Below, one piece after another: positions 17,053-27,883 of a DNA stretch of 64,000 nt. How positions within the stretch are numbered: position 1 is the stretch's first letter; the number at the start of each line of letters is the position of its first letter. A model generated the notes under the pieces. The model saw only the letters and a list, made by a program, of their open reading frames with translations. It had not been told where the DNA came from and did no database searches. The DNA is from a virus. The DNA lies in IMG/VR virus record IMGVR_UViG_3300029305_006397; one strand, 5' to 3'. The translations under genes were made by a program, and so were the position numbers.

Positions 17053-19282
17053 TATTGATTTCCTTTGCATCGATATATTGGCTGTGCTTTACGCGCTGCC
17101 CTACTTCTGCCTGTTTTCCATCGTTGAAATTATGGTAGTCGCTAGTGAGATATCCGGTGACGCGGCGCAACTGCTGGATATTTGTACTGCCGCATTCAGG
17201 ACAATGATCGTTAAATTCGCCCTGATAACCGCAATCAAGACAGGAATCAATGGGGAAATTAAAGGCCAGATACGGGATATCCAATTCGCGGAAAGCGTAG
17301 TCAATGATATCTTCGACTGCCTGAGTGTTCTTAACGAATGTAGAATCGAGTTCTACATAAGTAATGCATCCTCCGGTAGGATACTTGCAGAACGGAGCCT
17401 CGATACGAAGCTTATCATAGATAGAAACTTTCTCCCACACGGGAACATGATGGGAATTGGTAAGGTATTCGCGAGAGGTTACATTTTCAATGACACCATA
17501 TTGCTTACGCAGGGCCTGTAATGCAGTTCTGCAAAGACCTTCTGCCGGAGTTGCATAGCAGCTAAAATTCAAGTTATTACGTTCAGATGCCTCTGCAGCA
17601 AAACGATTAATTCGATAGACTACATTCAAAGCAAACACCAGCGCTTTTTCATCCTGTGCGTGATTTTTGCCAAACATAGCCTGACACATTTCTGCAATGC
17701 CGATATAACCGATGGCGAGAGTATTATGCTTCAAAGCATTAAACACATCTTCTTCGCAAGCACGGGCATCCTGAATGGTATTATTCTGATACATAAAAGG
17801 TGCAGATTTGGGAGACTGACGAATCATGATTTCAAATCTCTCAAGCAGACCTTTTTCCGCAAGTTTCAAGGTTTCTTCGAAGGCGTCCCAGAAACCATCC
17901 AGATCAGGTTCAGTACGTTTACCCTGGCAGATACCAAATTCGATACCAAGTTTAGGCAGAACGATGGTAACAGGAGTGTTATTTCCCCTACCCTGCCGGA
18001 TATATCCAAGGCCATGGCGATCAAACCCAATGAGAGTTCTGCAACCCATGGTACTGAAATATGTATCAGGATTTTCAGGGTCTTCATGTGCCTGAGACCA
18101 ATCGCAATTGCACCAATTGGGATAAATGCGCTTGGACATAGAATCCAAAGCAAGCTTTTTCAGATCGTAATTTGCATCACCAGCTTCGGCATTGGTTCCT
18201 TGCTTATACTGAAAGATGGAGATCGGAAAAATGGATGTAAGATGATGTTTGCCGATACCGTCAAGACTTGCCTCCATAATCCAACGAGTAACCATTCGAC
18301 CTTCGGTAGAAGTATCACGGCCAAGATTGATAGAAGTAAAGGGAACCTGGGAACCTTGGCGAGATTCGAGTGTATTGAGATTGTGGTAAAGACCCTGGGC
18401 GGACTGCTTGCCTTCCTTTTCCAGCATATCCATGGCATACTGATAAGCTTTTTCAGAATATGCCTTGTAATCAGGATCATCAATGGACATATCAGGATGG
18501 AAAGAATAATCCAATTCACGACCATCAATATACTTGACACCATCCTTATAATGCTTGAAGAAGGATTTCTTTACGAAAGGAGCCAGATCATAATCCAAAT
18601 GAATGGTTCCAACGCCGCCGAACTGAACTTGACTTTGGCACTGGAATGCAACGGCTACAAGCTGACATGCAGTGGAGAAATTAGACGGCGGACGAACATC
18701 GCCATTGCGAGTTTTAAATCCATAGGTGAAAATTTCCTGGAAATTGAGTTGCAAGCAATTATGAATGCCGTATACTGCTTTTTCCAGATCATGCTGATAG
18801 ACGAGCATTTCCTTATGCGCATCGGCAACTTCTTTGGAAAGACCGCCGAAATCAAGGGCGATAATTTTGCCGATATCGGCAGAAGCTTCCTTTTCGCGAC
18901 CAGAGAAAGACTTTTCATCTACATTGGCATTGGAGCGATTATCAACTTTGAAATCAACACGCTCCATTACGCGCTGCACAAGTTTGGAATTTCGATCTCG
19001 AATCTTGGTACGCTCATTACGATAGAGAATATATGCCTTTGCCACATCGGGGCGAGAGGACTGCATGAGCTGCGTTTCCACAATATCCTGAATTTCTTCG
19101 ACGGACAGCGTATCGATCCGCATATTTTCGATATGATCAGCAATTCGATTAGCGATAGAAAAACCTTCGCTTATTTCGAGTGCGTTTTTGTCAACATCAC
19201 TAAAAGCCTTCATAATGGCAGCTGAAATCTTTTCTTTATTGAACGGTACTTTCCTGCCATCGCGTTTAATTACATAGAGCAT
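17045..19282 (-). CDS. nrdD: anaerobic ribonucleoside-triphosphate reductase
   Basis: 745 aa with N-terminal ATP-cone-like MLYVIKRDGRKVPFNKEKI, C-terminal Zn site CLDCG..CPECG and glycyl-radical motif RRVTGY. Confidence 0.9.
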   Translation of the reverse strand: MLYVIKRDGRKVPFNKEKISAAIMKAFSDVDKNALEISEGFSIANRIADHIENMRIDTLSVEEIQDIVETQLMQSSRPDVAKAYILYRNERTKIRDRNSKLVQRVMERVDFKVDNRSNANVDEKSFSGREKEASADIGKIIALDFGGLSKEVADAHKEMLVYQHDLEKAVYGIHNCLQLNFQEIFTYGFKTRNGDVRPPSNFSTACQLVAVAFQCQSQVQFGGVGTIHLDYDLAPFVKKSFFKHYKDGVKYIDGRELDYSFHPDMSIDDPDYKAYSEKAYQYAMDMLEKEGKQSAQGLYHNLNTLESRQGSQVPFTSINLGRDTSTEGRMVTRWIMEASLDGIGKHHLTSIFPISIFQYKQGTNAEAGDANYDLKKLALDSMSKRIYPNWCNCDWSQAHEDPENPDTYFSTMGCRTLIGFDRHGLGYIRQGRGNNTPVTIVLPKLGIEFGICQGKRTEPDLDGFWDAFEETLKLAEKGLLERFEIMIRQSPKSAPFMYQNNTIQDARACEEDVFNALKHNTLAIGYIGIAEMCQAMFGKNHAQDEKALVFALNVVYRINRFAAEASERNNLNFSCYATPAEGLCRTALQALRKQYGVIENVTSREYLTNSHHVPVWEKVSIYDKLRIEAPFCKYPTGGCITYVELDSTFVKNTQAVEDIIDYAFRELDIPYLAFNFPIDSCLDCGYQGEFNDHCPECGSTNIQQLRRVTGYLTSDYHNFNDGKQAEVGQRVKHSQYIDAKEINNA

Positions 19283-19296
19283 AAAATCACTTCCCT

Positions 19297-19680
19297 TTAA
19301 TCATTTTGTTCAAGAGTTGCTTCAATACAATTTATATACTTACTGATTTCAGCAATCTGTTTATCCGATAATTCTCTACAAAGCTTTTCATCTATTTCTT
19401 TGGTGATAGAATACTTTTTCGAATAGATGTTCTGAGCACATTTTACCACCGCATTTCTTTTATTAATTTCCTTATCAATATCGACAAATGAAGTACGGTT
19501 TGAATATTCCTCTCCATCCGTCATTACGAATTTTGTTCTAGCAGGGGTAATCCTTGCGATTTGTTTTGTTTCAACATAATCGTATCTGAAATTACCCCAT
19601 CCAATAGAAACGCGAACAGGAATGCCAACATAATCCCCGACCTGTAAAGTACTTTTATCTATATATCGATAGTTGTACAT
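19297..19680 (-). CDS. hypothetical protein
   Basis: 127-aa ORF in the train. Confidence 0.55.
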   Translation of the reverse strand: MYNYRYIDKSTLQVGDYVGIPVRVSIGWGNFRYDYVETKQIARITPARTKFVMTDGEEYSNRTSFVDIDKEINKRNAVVKCAQNIYSKKYSITKEIDEKLCRELSDKQIAEISKYINCIEATLEQND

Positions 19681-19681
19681 A

Positions 19682-21673
19682 TCAGTTTCCTTCCATCATG
19701 ACAAGCAGTTCTTCTTCGGTAATAATTGGAATGCCGAGTTCCTTAGCCTTTTTGTTTTTGCCGGAAGTAGAATTGATGTCGTTGTTGACGAGATAATCAG
19801 TTTTCGAATTTACCGATCCAGATACCTTGCCGCCATAAGAAACGATATTGAAGACCGCATTATCACGATTGGTAAAATGATTAAGCTTACCTGTAATAAC
19901 AAACGTTTTGCCTTCAAGACACTTTCTGTAATCAGGAACCGCATTTGAAAGTTCTCTATTGTTATAGAAGGTTAAGCGGTTTGCGAGATCGGCAATCCAA
20001 TCTTTGTATTCATGCAAATGACGATTCAAGGACTCATTGATTTGCTTTCCAAAGCCTTGAAGCGTAGTGAAATCAAATTCAGATTCACAGCACTGATTAT
20101 AAAAAGCATCGAAGGTTTCAAAATGGTTTGCGATTGCCTGACTTGCAGTTTTGCCAACATTCGGAATACAGAGCGCATTAATAAATCTTGCAAGAGTAGT
20201 GACCTTACTTGCTTCGATGGAATCAAGAAGCTTATCGACGGATCGAATGCCAAATCCGGGAAGCTGAATCATTTCAGACCGAGCTCTATGTAAGAGATAA
20301 ATGTCCAGACCATCATTTAGCCAGCCTAAATCAATAAATTTCTTTAATGTGGACTCAGACAAACCATCAATATTCATTGCTTGTTTGGAAACAAAGTGTG
20401 TGAGTTGACCGAGCCTTTTACCCGGACAATCGAAGTTCTTGCAGACAAGCACCTGAGAATCCTTTTCCTGCTGAATAACAGTAACAGCACCGCAATAAGG
20501 ACAACGATAAGGAATCTGGAAAACAGCAACGTCATGAGGCTCTGTTCTATCCGCACTAATTACTTGGGGAATAATATCATTTGCCTTGCTTACGGATATT
20601 CGCTGACCAATATGAGGCCATTCTCCCAATACAGATCGCAAAATACTGAGATTATGCAAGCTTGCACGAGACACAGAGCTGCCACTGATTTCGACGGGAT
20701 TAAACACTGCTGTAGGAGTAAGAACGCCCGTTTTACCAATAGTCCAATCGATATCCGTTAAAGTGGTTTCAAAAGTATCATCTTCAAACTTAAAAGCAAT
20801 AGAATGAAGAGGATGGTGATCGGTTGCACCAAGAGACTGCCCGTATTTCACATCATCAAAAGCCATTACAAGACCATCAATAGGATAAGAATATTTTTGG
20901 GCGCTGTTTTTCAGAGCTTGAATCATTGCTTCGATATAGTCTTTATCTGTGTTTTGAGAATAAGTAAGCAGCGGAACAACATCAAATCCCATTGATTTTG
21001 CTTTTCTGAGCCCACCAAGCATCGATTCTGTTTCACCAGGTACTTTCCATGCAATGAAACGCAGAGATCGCTTGGCTGCAATTCCGGAATCCAACTGGCG
21101 AACAGAGCCACTTGCAAGATTGCGGGGATTTTTATATTCAGATTCGCTTTCGGCATTAATACGATTGAAATCATCGTAAGTAATGATAGCTTCGCCTTCA
21201 ATTTCATAATGGCCGGGATACGGAATCGTGAGGGGAATATTTTTAAACACCCTAGCATTATGGGTAATATCTTCACCGATTTCGCCGTCACCCCTGGTTT
21301 CTGCCTGGACAAGATTCCCATTATCATAAGTGAGCAATACGGTAAGACCATCCATTTTAAGGCTAAGAATACAATCCCGATCTCCTGCAAAAGAAATGAG
21401 ATCATCAACGGACTTGGTTTTATCAAGGGACAACATGGGATGAGAGTGCGTAACCTTTTTAAGATTACCTACTACTTCATATCCTACAAATTGAGTGGGC
21501 GACGCACTGAAAACAATGCCGGATTCATTTTCAAATTTGCGTACTGCATCAAACAACTCATCATACATAGAATTAGGTACGGGTGACTGATTATCATTGT
21601 AATAGGCATTCGCATAAGCATTAAGTTGACGAACGGCATCTTTGTACTCAGCGATATTGGTAATTTCAGGCAT
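19682..21673 (-). CDS. ligA: NAD-dependent DNA ligase
   Basis: 663 aa with adenylation motif LKMDG, a Zn-finger C..C..C..C, HhH repeats and a C-terminal BRCT-like GKTFVITGKL. Confidence 0.9.
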   Translation of the reverse strand: MPEITNIAEYKDAVRQLNAYANAYYNDNQSPVPNSMYDELFDAVRKFENESGIVFSASPTQFVGYEVVGNLKKVTHSHPMLSLDKTKSVDDLISFAGDRDCILSLKMDGLTVLLTYDNGNLVQAETRGDGEIGEDITHNARVFKNIPLTIPYPGHYEIEGEAIITYDDFNRINAESESEYKNPRNLASGSVRQLDSGIAAKRSLRFIAWKVPGETESMLGGLRKAKSMGFDVVPLLTYSQNTDKDYIEAMIQALKNSAQKYSYPIDGLVMAFDDVKYGQSLGATDHHPLHSIAFKFEDDTFETTLTDIDWTIGKTGVLTPTAVFNPVEISGSSVSRASLHNLSILRSVLGEWPHIGQRISVSKANDIIPQVISADRTEPHDVAVFQIPYRCPYCGAVTVIQQEKDSQVLVCKNFDCPGKRLGQLTHFVSKQAMNIDGLSESTLKKFIDLGWLNDGLDIYLLHRARSEMIQLPGFGIRSVDKLLDSIEASKVTTLARFINALCIPNVGKTASQAIANHFETFDAFYNQCCESEFDFTTLQGFGKQINESLNRHLHEYKDWIADLANRLTFYNNRELSNAVPDYRKCLEGKTFVITGKLNHFTNRDNAVFNIVSYGGKVSGSVNSKTDYLVNNDINSTSGKNKKAKELGIPIITEEELLVMMEGN

Positions 21674-21692
21674 GATTTAAAGCCCCTTTCGA

Positions 21693-21857
21693 TCAGAATA
21701 ATACATGTTCTTTTTTTGCGAGATAATATTCACAATTTTGGATATCTTCAGCAGTACATTCTTTAATTTCTTTAAAGATGCAATCCACCTGATCGGGTTT
21801 AAAATTTTCGCAACGCTTACACTTTTTCATTGCCTTTTTCTTTTCTTTTTCTTGCAT
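21693..21857 (-). CDS. hypothetical small Cys-rich protein
   Basis: Start chosen at MQEKEKKK (SD AGGGATGGA). The ORF-track GTG start would lie inside the promoter motif. Confidence 0.45.
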   Translation of the reverse strand: MQEKEKKKAMKKCKRCENFKPDQVDCIFKEIKECTAEDIQNCEYYLAKKEHVLF

Positions 21858-21882
21858 AGTTAAATCCATCCCTATTATTAAT

Positions 21883-22006
21883 GTTTGCACTTAATGTTTA
21901 TTATGTTTTCATTTGGTACAATTATTTTTTGCACCACATGATTATAATAACACATTTTTGAATCAAAGTCAATGTATATTTTTTATTTTTGCAGATAATA
22001 TTTATT
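21883..22006 (-). promoter_or_regulatory. three tandem copies of the conserved promoter-like motif
   Basis: Plus-strand TTTGCACTTAATGTTTATT at 21883-21902, with variants at 21928-21947 (TTTGCACCACATGATTATAA) and 21988-22006 (TTTGCAGATAATATTTATT). Confidence 0.6.
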
Positions 22007-24317
22007 GCATTCTTTTCTTTTCTACTTCTGATTTGAGTAGACGCTGCATGAAAGTATGCCTGGTTAGATTCTCTTTCTTCAAAACTGCTTTATTAATCGT
22101 ATCTAGTTCTCCCAAGTGAAAACAGGTTTTGCGCATTCGGGTCAAACCAACATAAATCAAATTGCTATTAAGCATGAAAAAATGGCTTTTAGGAGTGCAA
22201 AGAATTACATTATCAATGGAAGAGCCCTGAGATTTATGTAATGTAATTGCATATCCCAAGCTTAGATTGTCAAAATCACTTTGAGAATAGCGGACGAATA
22301 CATTATCAAATTCAATAATGGCATATGACGCGCAGATGGATCGGATAATTCCCGTTTCGCCATTTGCAATAAACGCAGTAATTTCTTTATTTGGATACTC
22401 ATCAGCCAACAACCTTTCTGCTGGTGAATAATGATCCGGATCAACCATCGCTTTATAATTATTTGCCTTTTGAATTACCAGATCGCCTTCAAAGAAAACA
22501 GACTCGCCATGACTAAAGCAAGCTGTTTTACTGTAATTTGGGTTTGCAATGCGTTGGATTTCATTATTCAAGTCAATTGTGCCACATTCCCCTCCATTCT
22601 TAGCGGTAAGAACCTGGATATTTTCCATTGAATTTCCCAAAGACAAGAGTTTACGATAAAGTTGAACAATGGTTTGCTGCATAGATTGCGCTGGCACATC
22701 CACAAAAGTGTAATCTTTATTATTGCCAAAGACTGTAGCCTTACTTCGCATACCTGAATTGAGATACGGTTTCCTGAATCGAACATCGGTTGCTACTTTC
22801 ATTAAGCCACCTTCCGAATATCGAAACACTGTTTTTAATGTAACAGACGGAATCAATCTGGTTTCCATAAAGTCATGAAGAAGATTCCCACATGATACGG
22901 ATGGCAGCTGCGCATTATCGCCAATCAAAAGTAGCTTAGTTCGATTAAAATCAATGGCCTTAAGTAGCCTTTGAAAAAGCCAGATATCTACCATAGAAAA
23001 TTCATCTACAATAACAATGTCTGCATCCAGTTTGTTACTTTCGCAAAACGTCCATTCACCGTCTCCGGGATTCCATCCAAGACCACGATGAATTGTAGAC
23101 GCATGACGCTTAGTATAGTTTGTCAATACTTTTGCGGCTTTTCCAGTGGGAGAAAATAGCCTATATGTTTTCTGGTTGGCTTCCAGAAGATTGATTATAG
23201 CCTGGGTAGAAAACGACTTTCCTGTTCCGGCAGCACCATTTAAAATACTGACAGTATATTTACATACGTTTTTAGCACAACTTAATTGTTCATCTGAAAG
23301 CGCGATTCCATCCACCATGCGATAAGCTTCTACATCATAATCCCAAACGGTGTTTTGAGCTGCAAGACCGGATATAATTGTTTGTGCAATATATTGCTCG
23401 GTATTAAAAGTATTTTTAAGAGAAGCTTCGTTTGCATCAGGACAGAAATAAAATTCAGGATCATTCAAAGCATCAAAGAAATGCTTTGCACAGGCAGGCG
23501 TAAGATTTTGACAAGCTGCCTTTAAATCGGCAACGGACATTTTTGTATGTCCTTCGCCTTCATTTTGAGAAAGTAAATAATAAATACATGCCTGACACCT
23601 TTCTATGCTGGTTTTTAAATCTGAGTTAAACTGAATCGAAGGTTCTTTTCCGTTTTTAACAGCTTCTCGACCTGCCGCCTCCATAGAAAGCAAGATGGAG
23701 TCTGCAGTTTTAAAGCCTACACGCGCAAGATCGCACAAACACTTATAGGGTTCAATTCTGAGATGATGCTTAATTGTTTCAATTGAAGGATACTTTTCGT
23801 AGAGTTTCCTCATTATAGTGGTAGAAATAGCACCATCAAACAAGGCGATCAAATCAAACAAGCAGAAGTTTTCAATGATTTTTTCTTTGATCTTTTCAAA
23901 TGTTTTTTCTTTTATACCGTACAGCTTGTTCAAATCGATATCATCGAGCCTGTTTTCACGGACGCGCTGAATGATATCGGGATAATGCTTGAGCAATTCA
24001 TCTGCTTGATTCAAGGTCAAAACTTCGCGCAAGAAGGCGCGGGTACTATCAAGGGTAATAGGAACATCGCGGCGAATGCTCAAGACATTGTATCCTATGC
24101 CATATTTGCTGTGTTGTTCAGTTGCAACAATTTCATATTCTACGCCAGTGCTTAAGCCCTGAAGATCCCCAATTAATGATACGTTGCCATATTTGTTGCA
24201 GCGAATCGCCGGATATTTGCCTTTATCAATGTCGGCAGCATAGATTTTGAAAGATGGGTAATCGCATATACATTTTGCAATAGTTGCCCTGAATGAAACC
24301 TTTTTATCTTTATTCAT
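22002..24317 (-). CDS. RecD-like SF1 DNA helicase
   Basis: 771 aa with Walker A GAAGTGKS, Walker B VIVDEFSMVD and C-terminal ITLHKSQGSS. Confidence 0.85.
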   Translation of the reverse strand: MNKDKKVSFRATIAKCICDYPSFKIYAADIDKGKYPAIRCNKYGNVSLIGDLQGLSTGVEYEIVATEQHSKYGIGYNVLSIRRDVPITLDSTRAFLREVLTLNQADELLKHYPDIIQRVRENRLDDIDLNKLYGIKEKTFEKIKEKIIENFCLFDLIALFDGAISTTIMRKLYEKYPSIETIKHHLRIEPYKCLCDLARVGFKTADSILLSMEAAGREAVKNGKEPSIQFNSDLKTSIERCQACIYYLLSQNEGEGHTKMSVADLKAACQNLTPACAKHFFDALNDPEFYFCPDANEASLKNTFNTEQYIAQTIISGLAAQNTVWDYDVEAYRMVDGIALSDEQLSCAKNVCKYTVSILNGAAGTGKSFSTQAIINLLEANQKTYRLFSPTGKAAKVLTNYTKRHASTIHRGLGWNPGDGEWTFCESNKLDADIVIVDEFSMVDIWLFQRLLKAIDFNRTKLLLIGDNAQLPSVSCGNLLHDFMETRLIPSVTLKTVFRYSEGGLMKVATDVRFRKPYLNSGMRSKATVFGNNKDYTFVDVPAQSMQQTIVQLYRKLLSLGNSMENIQVLTAKNGGECGTIDLNNEIQRIANPNYSKTACFSHGESVFFEGDLVIQKANNYKAMVDPDHYSPAERLLADEYPNKEITAFIANGETGIIRSICASYAIIEFDNVFVRYSQSDFDNLSLGYAITLHKSQGSSIDNVILCTPKSHFFMLNSNLIYVGLTRMRKTCFHLGELDTINKAVLKKENLTRHTFMQRLLKSEVEKKRMQ

Positions 24318-24333
24318 ATAGAACTCCTATATA

Positions 24334-24358
24334 GGTAGGGCAAAAGCAATGCCCTACC
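24334..24358 (-). other. 9-bp GC-rich stem-loop spanning the dnaE stop, just before the helicase SD
   Basis: GGTAGGGCA aaagcaa TGCCCTACC. There is no U-tract on the minus strand. Confidence 0.5.
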
Positions 24359-27300
24359 TTATTTCAATTTTAGACTTTGCTTCCGGTAATTTTTCGGGAA
24401 CATTATTCTTAATCACTTCATAATATTCAAGAACAAACTCTGTTTCATCGGATTTGATCCATTCGCCACCCACGAGCTTTATCTTAGGAACTTCAGTAAA
24501 ATTATCTATCTTTAATAGATCAAATTCACCAAATGGATTTTCGCGATAGATTTTTCCCTGCTTGATTCGTGTTTTGATTTCTTTGCCGGATTGAATTTGG
24601 CGCAGAAGCAACGAAGGACGGGACGGATCAGAATAGGTTTTGAAATCAACTACAACATAAAAACACGGATAGCATGCTGGATTAATATATGTAGTATATT
24701 CAAGGTATTCCATTTCGAATTTAACCTGATCAATGATTTGCATGGGTTTATTAGGAACTTTAGACGCCAAAAACTGAATAAGGCCGATATTGTTTAATTC
24801 GCGGAATTGAGCTGGCGTTTCTTTTCCGGAATAATCGCGAATTTCTGTTTCGCCAAGATTGAACTTATGAGAATAGACATCCAGTTTTTTCTTTGAAATA
24901 ATTTTTGAAGTTGCAAATTCATCATAAATTTCAATCAATTTTAAGAGATACTGATTACAACCGAAATCTTCAAAAAAATTCAGTCCGGTAAGAATTACCA
25001 ATTGCCTTGAATCCAGAGTTTTATTTTTCTTTATATCTTCAAGCAGATCAATAAACGAAGCATACTTATTTTCAGAAAGAGCAAGCAACTTATTGGCAAT
25101 TTCAGCATTACAATACTTTACTGACGCAATTCCCTTGTAAATGCAGTTGTTTTCACGATCCATAGAATAATCTGCACCGGATTTGCCGAACTTAATAGGC
25201 TTTAAATCAATACCAAAGTAAGGAAGTTCTGCAATCAGATTTGCAGTACGAGCCATATCGTCGGCATACAAAGACAGAGTGACGGTATAATACTCCAAAG
25301 GATAATGGGATTTAAGGTATGCTCCATAAACACTATCGATAGCAACGGAAAGCGAATGAGAAGCATTAAAAGAATACCTTGCAGCATCCTGAACGACCTG
25401 CCATGTTTCTGCAAAACCATCCATGGAACCAACATTTTTAATCCATCCGGATTCAAGCTGTTTCTGAAGAGCCAGAAGTTCTTCTTCCTTGAACTTCTTT
25501 TTGGCTATTTTTTTGATAATGTCATAAGTACCCTTTTCTTCAATGCCCAACCATACGAGATATTTCATAATGGATTCCTGGTACATCATAAAATGGAAAG
25601 AATCTTCGAGTATTGCATCCAGTTCTGCAACGCCAGTGGAGTATGGTTCGCGATCCAAGAAGGTATTAAGCAGCGATGCAAATCCCGGTCTGATGGATGC
25701 CACCCATGCAGACATTTCCGCCAAAGACCTGGGCTTATAACGCTTTAATGTTTGTTTGCCAAAGTCGGAATCGGACTGATTTATGGTTGTGGTAAGCGCA
25801 TTGGCGTAAATATCCCATACTTTATCATCACAATTCTCAAGCAGGGTATTGATATCATCAATTGGACGGCCTATGAGCTTATAAACGCGGTCAATAATGT
25901 CATATACCTTAACGGTTAAGTAATCATTCTTCAGGTATTTATAAACATCACAGTTGTAACCATCCAGGGCACAGCACATGGTATAATTGGTGGCGTTGCC
26001 TACGCGAATCAGGCCAACTTCATCCGGGATCGGATGATCCAGAAGAAGGAAAGAACACGGAGACGGAGCAATAGATTCGATAACACCACGGAAAACTTTA
26101 CTTGCTTCAATGATATCTTTCCAACGGGCATCGTCAAGATGATCTTCGAGATTCTTAGCAATTTCATCATAATCTTCAAGATTGTACCCATTGGCTTTGC
26201 ACCACAGGCGAAATGCAGAAGACTCTTGAAGTGGCTTATAAGCCACCATATAATAAATGCCCTCTTCGCCCAGGATGTCCTTTGATGCCTGTATAACGGG
26301 CTCTACGGACGCGAAATTAAGGTCTATATCCGGTAGCGACCTGGAGGATAAAATACGTTCCGCAGACATAAAGCGCGTGGGATACAATGTAATTGGTGCG
26401 GCAAGACGATCAATTTCTGTAAGCCCAAGAAGATGATTAATATAGAAAGAAACTGCACTACCACGACCGGAACGGGTAAGAACGGCTCCATACTCATTGA
26501 CGGCCCTTTTGACGATCAGATGATCCAAGATAAAATATCTTGCCATACCACATTTTTCTACGATATCAGTTTCATAATATATAGCATCCTGATATTCTGG
26601 AATGCGCTTTGCCCGTACTTTACCCTTTTCTCTTCTCCATGCTCTTGCCAGAATTGCTTTAAGCACTTGATTATCATCAGAATAATCAAAATTTGGGATA
26701 TGTAAATCCTTACGAAGAAGCTCTTCTTTGATCTTAGGAATTTTGAACTCCTTATCTACATGAACACCTTCTGCTTGATCAAAGACCAATGTATTTTCAA
26801 GCGCTTCGATTGCCTGTTCCCTACTGAGAACGCCCTGCGTTTCATATCTGGCAAGAATGGTTTCTGCATCAGGATAATCAAGTTCAAATCCAGATTCATC
26901 ATCATAATAGATGCCCTTGGCCCGGAGAAACAAATCGCGATACTTAGCGTCTTCGGGATAAATATAATGGGAGTCATTTGCATGAATAAGACCTACATTA
27001 TATTTTTCTTTCAATTTCAGGATTCGCATATTATAAAGAATCTGCTGCTGCGCAGAATGCGCCTGAACCTCTAAAAAGAAATTTGAACCGAAATGATTCA
27101 TAACAGGCTGCAGAAAAGCCGTTTCCCAATCATCACCTTTGAAAAGACGACCTGCGATACATGCTGTTGTTACAACAGTATCAGTTGGAGTGAGAGAAAG
27201 CAAAGACTGAAGATCTATGCGAGGCTTATAATAAAAACCATCCTGATTCGCAATAGACATGATACGATTGATTTCTCTTCTGGCCTTTTCGGTGAGCGCA

Positions 27301-27569
27301 ACAAGCATAATATGATACATTGATCTGGAGGATTTATCAAACATATCGTCTACATAATATGCTTCTACGCCATAGATGCATTTAAGACCATGCTTTTCGC
27401 AAAGAGTTTGAGCTTCATATATATTCCCCTGATAACCATGTTCAGCTGTAAAATATGTTGTATGCCCCAGTTCCAAAGCACGGAGGATATAATCCTCCGG
27501 CTTTGAAACGCAATCAAGAGTTCGAATATTGGAATAATGAGTATGTTTATGGTAATTGTTATACCGCAT
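24354..27569 (-). CDS. dnaE: DNA polymerase III alpha subunit (DnaE-type, N-terminal PHP domain)
   Basis: About 1070 aa with PHP motif HKHTHYS at the N-terminus. Size and domain order resemble DnaE. Start at MRYNNY (SD AGGGGA). Confidence 0.8.
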   Translation of the reverse strand: MRYNNYHKHTHYSNIRTLDCVSKPEDYILRALELGHTTYFTAEHGYQGNIYEAQTLCEKHGLKCIYGVEAYYVDDMFDKSSRSMYHIMLVALTEKARREINRIMSIANQDGFYYKPRIDLQSLLSLTPTDTVVTTACIAGRLFKGDDWETAFLQPVMNHFGSNFFLEVQAHSAQQQILYNMRILKLKEKYNVGLIHANDSHYIYPEDAKYRDLFLRAKGIYYDDESGFELDYPDAETILARYETQGVLSREQAIEALENTLVFDQAEGVHVDKEFKIPKIKEELLRKDLHIPNFDYSDDNQVLKAILARAWRREKGKVRAKRIPEYQDAIYYETDIVEKCGMARYFILDHLIVKRAVNEYGAVLTRSGRGSAVSFYINHLLGLTEIDRLAAPITLYPTRFMSAERILSSRSLPDIDLNFASVEPVIQASKDILGEEGIYYMVAYKPLQESSAFRLWCKANGYNLEDYDEIAKNLEDHLDDARWKDIIEASKVFRGVIESIAPSPCSFLLLDHPIPDEVGLIRVGNATNYTMCCALDGYNCDVYKYLKNDYLTVKVYDIIDRVYKLIGRPIDDINTLLENCDDKVWDIYANALTTTINQSDSDFGKQTLKRYKPRSLAEMSAWVASIRPGFASLLNTFLDREPYSTGVAELDAILEDSFHFMMYQESIMKYLVWLGIEEKGTYDIIKKIAKKKFKEEELLALQKQLESGWIKNVGSMDGFAETWQVVQDAARYSFNASHSLSVAIDSVYGAYLKSHYPLEYYTVTLSLYADDMARTANLIAELPYFGIDLKPIKFGKSGADYSMDRENNCIYKGIASVKYCNAEIANKLLALSENKYASFIDLLEDIKKNKTLDSRQLVILTGLNFFEDFGCNQYLLKLIEIYDEFATSKIISKKKLDVYSHKFNLGETEIRDYSGKETPAQFRELNNIGLIQFLASKVPNKPMQIIDQVKFEMEYLEYTTYINPACYPCFYVVVDFKTYSDPSRPSLLLRQIQSGKEIKTRIKQGKIYRENPFGEFDLLKIDNFTEVPKIKLVGGEWIKSDETEFVLEYYEVIKNNVPEKLPEAKSKIEIR

Positions 27570-27870
27570 TGGTATCCCCTGCCTTTCCGGCTTCACGATC
27601 TATCCATGCAAAATTTTCAAATGAAATGCTATTTTCGTGTTCGATCCATCGCTGCTCAAGTTCAAGCCAAAAGGGACAAGAGCGATACAGGGTAATTCGA
27701 ATCGGAGAAGGTGATCGAGCTGCCTGCTTCATTAACGCCAGGAAATTTTGCTGAATCATGATTTTAGGAGCCTGCATAAATTGCCTTCTGACGGAATCAC
27801 CTTCCTCGATACATAATTTGCATTCATAGACTTCAAAATCATCAGAAAAACCTTGATGATGTACATACAT
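27559..27870 (-). CDS. hypothetical protein
   Basis: 103-aa ORF in the train. Confidence 0.5.
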   Translation of the reverse strand: MYVHHQGFSDDFEVYECKLCIEEGDSVRRQFMQAPKIMIQQNFLALMKQAARSPSPIRITLYRSCPFWLELEQRWIEHENSISFENFAWIDREAGKAGDTNAV

Positions 27871-27883
27871 AAAAGTTCACCAC

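Noticed and set aside
17660-19225. 521-aa plus-strand ORF
   Set aside because: It lies entirely antisense to nrdD, whose product has unmistakable motifs. The ORF has no SD and an Ile/Phe/Asn-rich, low-complexity composition typical of shadow frames.
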